Assembly: GCF_002214165.1 (NCBI RefSeq)
Contig: NZ_CP019964.1
Location: forward strand, 1 to 32,000
Reading direction: 5' to 3'
DNA: 32,000 nt
From: Candidatus Saccharimonadota bacterium
Lineage (GTDB): Archaea; Micrarchaeota; Micrarchaeia; Micrarchaeales; Micrarchaeaceae
Numbering within the stretch: position 1 is the first letter of the stretch; the number at the start of each line of letters is the position of its first letter. The notes under the pieces were generated by a model, which made no database searches, was not told the DNA's origin, and was given only the letters and a program-made list of their open reading frames with translations. The position numbers were made by a program, and so were the translations under genes. Below are positions 26,488 to 32,000 of the stretch, piece after piece.

Positions 26488-26910
26488 ATGGCCGAGGTAT
26501 CAAAAGAAATTTTGGATAATACATACGAAGCTTTACAATCGGTAAAGCAGTCGGGGAAGATAAAGAAAGGAGTCAATGAGACGACAAAGAGCATAGAGAG
26601 AGGCATGGCCATGTTCGTGGCTTATGCGTCCGATGTTCAGCCTGCAGAGATAATAGCCCATCTTCCAAAGCTTTGCGAAGACAAGAAGGTACCGTTCATA
26701 GAGGTACCAAGCAAGCTAGATCTTGGAAAGGCAATAGGGCTTAACGTCCAGTGTTCTGCAGTATCTGTAGAAAATGCAGGAAGTGCAGAATCAAGCTTGA
26801 AGTCAATAATCTCAAAGATCACCGGAAAGTCCTCCGAGAAGAAAGAGTCTCAGGCAAAAGAGGCTAAGAAGGAGGAAGCGAAAGAAAGCGCATCCGAGAA
26901 GAAAGAGTGA
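26488..26910 (+). CDS. rpl7ae: 50S ribosomal protein L7Ae (eL8 family) with K/E-rich C-terminal tail
   Basis: KKGVNETTKSIERGMAMFVAYASDVQPAEIIAHLPKLCEDKKVPFIEVPSKLDLGKAIG is the L7Ae core. The last ~28 residues (GKSSEKKESQAKEAKKEEAKESASEKKE) are extra. Confidence 0.92.
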   Translation: MAEVSKEILDNTYEALQSVKQSGKIKKGVNETTKSIERGMAMFVAYASDVQPAEIIAHLPKLCEDKKVPFIEVPSKLDLGKAIGLNVQCSAVSVENAGSAESSLKSIISKITGKSSEKKESQAKEAKKEEAKESASEKKE

Positions 26911-27155
26911 TTATAATGTCAGAATCTCAATTGCCTGCACCCCAGTTCTCAGGTTTCCTTGCTGAAATAGTCAGCATAGACATGAAGCACAAGACTGGGA
27001 TGTATGGGGAAGTATACCTGGTATCGTGCAAGATACTTGAAGGAAAGGACAAGGGCAGGATTATAAGGAGAAATATGATAGGCCCTGCAAAGCCAGGAGA
27101 TGTTATAAGGCTTCCAGATACAAGCAGAGAAGCGAGAGAGATAAAGGTAAAATGA
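26907..27155 (+). CDS. rps28e: 30S ribosomal protein S28e (eS28)
   Basis: GEVYLVSCKILEGKDKGRIIRRNMIGPAKPGDVIRLPDTSREAREI matches eS28. The likely ATG is at 26916. Confidence 0.9.
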   Translation: MIIMSESQLPAPQFSGFLAEIVSIDMKHKTGMYGEVYLVSCKILEGKDKGRIIRRNMIGPAKPGDVIRLPDTSREAREIKVK

Positions 27156-27164
27156 GGGATTTTT

Positions 27165-27374
27165 ATGAAGTGCTCCTATTGTTCAAAAGAGATAAAGAAA
27201 GGGACAGGAATACTATACGTTTTCAGGACTGGAAAGGTAAATTATTTCTGCTCCAATAGGTGCTATGTCAACAGCATAGTGCTAAGGAGAAAATACAACA
27301 GGAAAGAATCCTCAAAGGCAAAGGAAACCGATCTCTCGAGGGTCATAAAAGCAGAAGCCAAAGAGCAGAAATGA
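27165..27374 (+). CDS. rpl24e: 50S ribosomal protein L24e (eL24)
   Basis: MKCSYCSKEIKKGTGILYVFRTGKVNYFCSNRC is the eL24 zinc motif. Confidence 0.92.
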   Translation: MKCSYCSKEIKKGTGILYVFRTGKVNYFCSNRCYVNSIVLRRKYNRKESSKAKETDLSRVIKAEAKEQK

Positions 27375-27732
27375 TCGGGAGCACGATGCCCGCAAGCAAA
27401 AGGTTTCACGAAGGCTCGAGCAAATCGGGAAAAGTGCCGATAACATCAAAGCTCTTCGTTCTGTTTCTTATTTTTTCATTTTTGGTTGGTTCTAGGCGTT
27501 TTATACTACACCGAAAGAACAAGAGAGAAAGCAGGGATACGGACCTGCTCAACTAATTTTCAATTACACATCCCGATGTACTAAAAATTTCACCTCTGGT
27601 GAATATCCTATATTATTCAGTATGCAAAGCCATACCGCAACCCTAAATGCCGCAAGCATAAGATATAGGCAAATTCTCGCAAATCTACAAACAGTTTTTA
27701 TTTTTTTACGCAAAAATAGAATCGTGATTGAT

Positions 27733-28998
27733 ATGGCAGAAGAACTTAATCCTTTTAAGATAGCACAGGAACAGCTTGACCAAGCTGCAAAGATAATGAA
27801 TTTGGATGAAAATGCGCACCAAATATTAAGGGAACCTTTTGAGATAATAACCGTTCACATACCTGTAAAGATGCATGACGGATCCGTCAAGCTTTTTGAA
27901 GGCTTCAGGGTGCACCACAACAATGCAAGAGGGCCAATGAAGGGAGGCATAAGATTCTACCCAACAGAAACAGTTGACGAGGTAAAAGCGCTTTCTGAAT
28001 GGATGACATGGAAATGTGCCCTTGCAAACCTTCCTTTTGGAGGTGCAAAGGGAGGCGTCATTTGCAATCCAAAAGAATTGACCGCGAATGAACTGGAGCA
28101 GCTTTCAAGAGGCTACATAAGAGCGGTAAGGGCATTCGTAAGCCCTAAAATAGACATCCCTGCCCCTGACGTCTATACGACTCCCCAGATCATGGCTTGG
28201 ATGATGGATGAATACAGCAAGCTTGTAGGCCATAATGAATTCGGTACAATAACAGGGAAGCCATTGGAGGTAGGAGGGTCAGAAGGAAGGAACGATTCAA
28301 CTGCAATGGGGGCCATGTTCGTGCTCAGAGAAGCGGCAAAGAAGCTGAATATTGATTTGAAGACAGCCAAAATTGCAGTTCAAGGTTTCGGAAATGCCGG
28401 GATGTTCGCTTATACTCTTTCAAAGAAACTTTTCGGAGCCAAAGTTGTAGCAATAAGCGATTCCAAGGGAGCAGTATACGATGAAAAGGGGCTTGATCTG
28501 GATAAGCTCGAGAAGGCAAAGAAAGAAACCGGTTCAGTGCAGGGATACGAAGGCGGAAAGAAGCTCACGAATGAAGAACTACTGGAAAGCGATGTGGACA
28601 TACTAATACCTGCAGCGATAGAAAGCCAGATAACTGCAGAGAATGCAGGAAAGATAAGGGCAAAATTAGTATTAGAACTAGCAAACGGGCCCGTGACACC
28701 TGATGCCGACAAGATCCTATTCGACAAAGGAATATTGGACCTTCCCGATTTCCTGGTAAACAGCGGAGGCGTGATAGGGTCGTATTTCGAGTGGGTGCAG
28801 AACAATGAAGGATACTATTGGACAGCAGAAGAGGTATATTCCAAGCTCGATACAATAATAACAAAATCCTTCTATGATATGATGAAGGTTCAGGAGGATT
28901 ACCTTTCAAAAGGCACAAAGATAACCCCAAGAAATGCAGCCTACATAATAGCTGTTGACAGAGTGGCAAAAGCGATGAAACTAAGAGGATGGTACTGA
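27733..28998 (+). CDS. gdhA: Glutamate dehydrogenase
   Basis: NNARGPMKGGIRF, PFGGAKGGV and the GFGNAG Rossmann motif are present. The track ORF starts at 27622, but the conserved N-terminus begins at MAEELNPFK (ATG at 27733), just downstream of a T-rich promoter-like tract. Confidence 0.92.
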   Translation: MAEELNPFKIAQEQLDQAAKIMNLDENAHQILREPFEIITVHIPVKMHDGSVKLFEGFRVHHNNARGPMKGGIRFYPTETVDEVKALSEWMTWKCALANLPFGGAKGGVICNPKELTANELEQLSRGYIRAVRAFVSPKIDIPAPDVYTTPQIMAWMMDEYSKLVGHNEFGTITGKPLEVGGSEGRNDSTAMGAMFVLREAAKKLNIDLKTAKIAVQGFGNAGMFAYTLSKKLFGAKVVAISDSKGAVYDEKGLDLDKLEKAKKETGSVQGYEGGKKLTNEELLESDVDILIPAAIESQITAENAGKIRAKLVLELANGPVTPDADKILFDKGILDLPDFLVNSGGVIGSYFEWVQNNEGYYWTAEEVYSKLDTIITKSFYDMMKVQEDYLSKGTKITPRNAAYIIAVDRVAKAMKLRGWY

Positions 28999-29828
28999 TG
29001 GCAGAAGCAATTCCTGTGCACTCCAATGCAAAGATAGCGATAATCGGCGGTTCTGGGCTCTATTCACTTTTTGAAGGGCAGACCGAAGAAGTTGAAGTGC
29101 AGACAAAGTATGGAAGTCCAAGCGGCAAGATCTCATTAGGCAAGATAAATGGCAGGGATATAGCATTTCTGCCAAGGCACGGAATAAACCATACCATACC
29201 TCCGCACAAGATAAATTACAGGGCTAATATAGAGGCACTTGCACAGCTTGGAGTCGAAAGAATCATCTCTACGACCGCAGTCGGTTCGCTAAGTGTAGAG
29301 ATAGAGCCAGGAGCATTTGTATTCCCAGACCAATTCATAAATTCCACACATCGTTCCGAAGAGACCTTCTTTGACGGGCCGCAAGTAGCCCACATAAGTA
29401 CCGCGGATCCGTACTGCGAAGAGATACGTTCAATAGCAATAGATGATTCAGACAATCTTGGAATAAATTACATTGATGGGGCTACAGTGGTAACCATAAA
29501 CGGCCCAAGGTTCTCGACCAAGGCAGAATCAAAGATGTTCCGGTCCTTAGGGGGAGATATAATCAACATGACACAATACCCTGAGATAGCATTAGCAAGA
29601 GAAAAAGCAATGTGCTACTTTTCTATCGCCATAGTGACAGATTACGATTCAGGATTGGAGGGCAGGGAGGACATAAATCCTGTCACAACCGATGATGTAA
29701 ATAGGAAGTTCGCAGAAGGCATAAAGAGCTTAAGGCTGCTTTTAGATTCGCTTGCGAAGGACATACCAGAAAAAAGAGGATGCAGCTGCTCACATGTCCT
29801 TGACAATGCATTCATGAACAAGATGTAA
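28989..29828 (+). CDS. mtnP: S-methyl-5'-thioadenosine phosphorylase / purine nucleoside phosphorylase
   Basis: IAIIGGSGLY, FLPRHG..HTIPPHKINYRANI and TTAVGSL are present. The start is at 28989 or 28998, overlapping the gdhA stop. Confidence 0.88.
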   Translation: MVLMAEAIPVHSNAKIAIIGGSGLYSLFEGQTEEVEVQTKYGSPSGKISLGKINGRDIAFLPRHGINHTIPPHKINYRANIEALAQLGVERIISTTAVGSLSVEIEPGAFVFPDQFINSTHRSEETFFDGPQVAHISTADPYCEEIRSIAIDDSDNLGINYIDGATVVTINGPRFSTKAESKMFRSLGGDIINMTQYPEIALAREKAMCYFSIAIVTDYDSGLEGREDINPVTTDDVNRKFAEGIKSLRLLLDSLAKDIPEKRGCSCSHVLDNAFMNKM

Positions 29829-29837
29829 GAATCCTGC

Positions 29838-30896
29838 TCATCTGTCAAAGTAGTTGTAGTTGTCTACCCATCCTCCATTGAAGTTTCCGCTGTAGAACTT
29901 CCCGCCTGCCGTATTCCCCGAATAATCGTTTTCGTTCCCATTAAGCGGTATCCATGATACCAGATTAATCAAATCAACCGGAGCGCCAGCTATATTCTCA
30001 TCGTACATGTCCGATATCACAGCAGAGCCCAATGAAGCATTGTATATCTGCACATTCGAAATTGATCCGTTGAACCAGAACCTGCCGGACATAAGCGGGG
30101 AATCCATATTTCCCAAAGAAATGTAATTGGTAGGGAGATTTGTATAGCCCGGTGCGTAAGTTTTATTGACTAATCTGCCATTTATGTAAAGGTCCAGATA
30201 AGTGCCATTGTAGGTTTCTGCGACGAAGTACCAAGCCTTGTAATGCCCAAAAGGGTAATTTGTATACGCCCACTGCGCACCGCCATAAGTTTTATTGTAA
30301 ACGCAAGCAGCTGCCTTGAAGTAATCAGGGTTTCCAGAGTCAAACACCACAGGTGTACCAGTCGAAGGAGAATAAAACAAGTTTATTGAAGCAGGATATG
30401 CGGGAGCAGCCAGAAGTATAGTTCCATTGTCTTCAGGACCATATGTACTAGAGCAGACATCATCGCCTATTGATATTGGCATTTGCTCTCCCATTGAAGT
30501 AGGGCCATTAACATAAATCCAAGCACTTACAGAAAACTTTCCCGTATTAAGGTACTCCAAAGTGGTAAGTGATGCGCTCACATTGCTGTCCTTTCCATTA
30601 AACCCTCCTACAAATTTAGGCAGCAGGTATCCACATTCACCAACCAAAGAAAGCCCAGAAGCTTGGCCCGGTCCATAAGGCCTTTCCACGTAACAGCCCC
30701 CTGGCTGAAGCCTTGGCTCAAACGTGAGCGGATTGAATATCCCTAAAGTATATAATGCAGCAAGTATTATTGCTATAACTAAAATGGCCCACCCATATGT
30801 CATAAGGTATTCCATAGCGCTCTGCGATTTATAATTAGTCGACAATCTTTTTTTAGAATTAAGCGCCATGTCTGATTTAGATCTTAACCAGTCCAC
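29838..30896 (-). CDS. Class III signal peptide (archaeal type IV pilin-like) protein with LamG/concanavalin-A-like lectin domain
   Basis: The N-terminus ..KKRLSTNYKS|QSAMEYLMTYGWAILVIAIILAALY has a basic leader, Q at +1, E at +5 and a hydrophobic helix. The C-terminal part has LamG-like strands: FSVSAWIYVNG, WYFVAETYNGTYLDLYINGRLV and FNGSISNVQIYNASL. There are 7 N-x-S/T sequons. The likely start is the internal MALNSKK. Confidence 0.7.
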   Translation of the reverse strand: MDWLRSKSDMALNSKKRLSTNYKSQSAMEYLMTYGWAILVIAIILAALYTLGIFNPLTFEPRLQPGGCYVERPYGPGQASGLSLVGECGYLLPKFVGGFNGKDSNVSASLTTLEYLNTGKFSVSAWIYVNGPTSMGEQMPISIGDDVCSSTYGPEDNGTILLAAPAYPASINLFYSPSTGTPVVFDSGNPDYFKAAACVYNKTYGGAQWAYTNYPFGHYKAWYFVAETYNGTYLDLYINGRLVNKTYAPGYTNLPTNYISLGNMDSPLMSGRFWFNGSISNVQIYNASLGSAVISDMYDENIAGAPVDLINLVSWIPLNGNENDYSGNTAGGKFYSGNFNGGWVDNYNYFDR

Positions 30897-31013
30897 ATAT
30901 CCACCAGTGATAATTATTGTAGTTTAATATATTTAATCATTGAGTTTAAATTCGGAAATTTTTGAAACTGCACAAACTTAGAAAGCAATAAATAAAGAGG
31001 ATGTAAAAGTATA

Positions 31014-31268
31014 TTGAGAATGGATAATATGAATGTCGATGACAAGCTATATTTTATCAACAAGCTGCTCAGGGATAATAAGTTCCATGTAACTGGGTTT
31101 TTGCTGACCAAGGACTACATTTTTATCAAATCCTATAGGTTCAGGACTAATTACTATTTTATCATTCCCCGTCTGGCAGCCCCATCCTCATTGGACTCTA
31201 TAGACAAGCTTATGCGCTACAATACAATAAATGATAATAGGGTACCAATAAGCTTCATAGATATCTGA
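31014..31268 (+). CDS. Hypothetical protein (84 aa)
   Basis: ORF divergent from the pilin-like gene. No recognisable motif; it may not be real. Confidence 0.3.
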   Translation: MRMDNMNVDDKLYFINKLLRDNKFHVTGFLLTKDYIFIKSYRFRTNYYFIIPRLAAPSSLDSIDKLMRYNTINDNRVPISFIDI

Positions 31269-31317
31269 AATATAGGAACAGGTGCACAATTATCTTCTGT
31301 ATTCAAAAAATAAACTG

Positions 31318-31418
31318 CGCCGGAGGCGAGAATCGAACTCGCGAAGGCTTTAAAGCCAAACAGCTTAGCAGGCTGCCGCCCTTTAGTGCCTTTTAAAGTA
31401 CCACTAGGCTACCCCGGC
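31318..31418 (-). tRNA. tRNA-Ser (anticodon GCU, class II) with 17-nt intron in the D-loop
   Basis: Reverse-complement hand fold:
- acceptor GCCGGGG/CTCCGGC, discriminator G
- anticodon arm GCAGC-CTGCTAA-GCTGT
- variable arm TTGGCTTTAAAGCCTTC
- T arm GCGAG-TTCGATT-CTCGC
- the D region is 32 nt instead of about 15. Confidence 0.8.
31383..31399 (-). other. Predicted tRNA-Ser intron (about position 20/21)
   Basis: Outer helix GCCU/GGGC, central helix AGUG/CACU, 3-nt bulges GUA and AAA, and a short inner helix CUU/AGG. Removing it leaves the D arm GCCU-AGUGGUA-GGGC. Confidence 0.6.
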
Positions 31419-31550
31419 ATTTATTGAATGACTCAAATTCGCATAAAACCCAAATAAGATAAACAAGTTATTATCGCATTCAGTAAATAAACTTTATCCT
31501 ATATAACTATAAATACCTTTAGTTTAAGTTCCAAGATACAAAACCTAAAA

Positions 31551-31840
31551 GACGGCAGAAGCCGATCAAGCATGTAAAGTAATTAAAAGGTGTTATGCAA
31601 ATCCACTCAGTCCTGTATCCTAAAAGCATAACCTAATTGCACGCAGTTTAATCCGCAATATGCTTAAGGTTGCTCCTTCCGGCCTGGCCTGATTCACATA
31701 CCAGGTTATCGTTTAGGGCAGAGCCTCAACACTTCTTTGCACTCTTTTTTAATTCCCTTATATACCTGACCGACATGTAAGCCCGCCTTTGAAGGGATTT
31801 GCGAACGGAGAACCCTTAGCTCCCCGGCCTATCTGCCGTA
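31551..31840 (-). ncRNA. ffs: Signal recognition particle RNA (archaeal 7S RNA)
   Basis: The minus strand reads AUCAGGCCAGGCCGGAAGGAGCAACC, the conserved helix-8 (domain IV) motif; compare E. coli 4.5S CAGGUCAGGUCCGGAAGGAAGCAGCC. The 5' ACGGCAGA (31839-31832) pairs with the 3' UCUGCCGU (31559-31552), followed by a T-run. Length is about 290 nt and GC is locally raised. Confidence 0.85.
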
Positions 31841-32000
31841 ACTATAAGGAACATGCAATAATTTAACTTTTTTGATAATTAAACTTTAAAGCAAGCCTTT
31901 TTAGGAAGGTGCCGCAATCAGACAGCCGATATAGAAATATATATATAATTAGAACAACAATTAGTAAGTGACGTTTCAAGCTAATTGATAGGTGTTTAAT

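Noticed and set aside
27260-27556. 98-aa plus-strand ORF overlapping the rpl24e 3' half and extending into the gap
   Set aside because: It is out of frame with a well-supported ribosomal protein gene. It has no recognisable motif, and its tail crosses an apparent T-rich terminator.
27622-27732. 37-codon N-terminal extension of the glutamate dehydrogenase ORF
   Set aside because: The conserved GDH N-terminus begins at the ATG at 27733. The upstream codons run through a T-rich promoter-like tract and show no GDH-like sequence.
29838-30896. Possibility that the LamG pilin-like gene is a diversity-generating retroelement target, as described in some DPANN
   Set aside because: The window has no reverse transcriptase ORF. 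I saw no template/variable repeat pair matching the 3' end of the gene. The downstream neighbour is the convergent mtnP gene.
1-32000. Window-wide look for CRISPR arrays, cas genes, restriction-modification, toxin-antitoxin pairs or other defence islands
   Set aside because: I found no direct-repeat arrays and no ORFs with recognisable Cas, methyltransferase/endonuclease, or small paired toxin-antitoxin signatures. The only mobile-element trace is the tnpB remnant.

Overview
This is a tightly packed, AT-rich archaeal chromosomal segment. Many genes overlap by 1-4 nt or abut. Most of it is information-processing housekeeping:
- an Lhr-type helicase, diphthine synthase, and a 390-aa three-unit tRNA-splicing endonuclease
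- an rpoD-(tRNA-Leu)-rpl18e-rpl13-rps9-rpoN-rps2 cluster
- a DRG-type GTPase, SRP54, a histone-fold protein, thioredoxin and HisRS
- a fused rpl30e-rps12-rps7-EF-2 / rpl7ae-rps28e-rpl24e block
- glutamate dehydrogenase and MTA phosphorylase

The ORF track cannot show four RNA genes. All three tRNA genes contain introns: Lys in the T-loop, Leu at the canonical site, Ser in the D-loop. An SRP (7S) RNA lies on the minus strand near the 3' end.

Accessory-looking loci:
- a divergent flippase / 771-aa polytopic membrane protein pair with a sequon-rich ectodomain
- a decayed tnpB-only IS200/IS605 remnant with conserved flanking hairpins
- a class-III-signal-peptide (type IV pilin-like) LamG-domain protein
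- a 65-aa Lys/Ala-rich protein
- K/E-rich low-complexity extensions on uS7 and L7Ae

The endonuclease architecture, the non-canonical tRNA introns and the compaction suggest a DPANN (Micrarchaeota/ARMAN-like) archaeon. That is inference only.

I found no CRISPR array, no recognisable defence or toxin-antitoxin locus, and no single clear-cut novel multi-gene system. The best leads are listed as findings. All folds and motif calls were made by eye and need computational confirmation.
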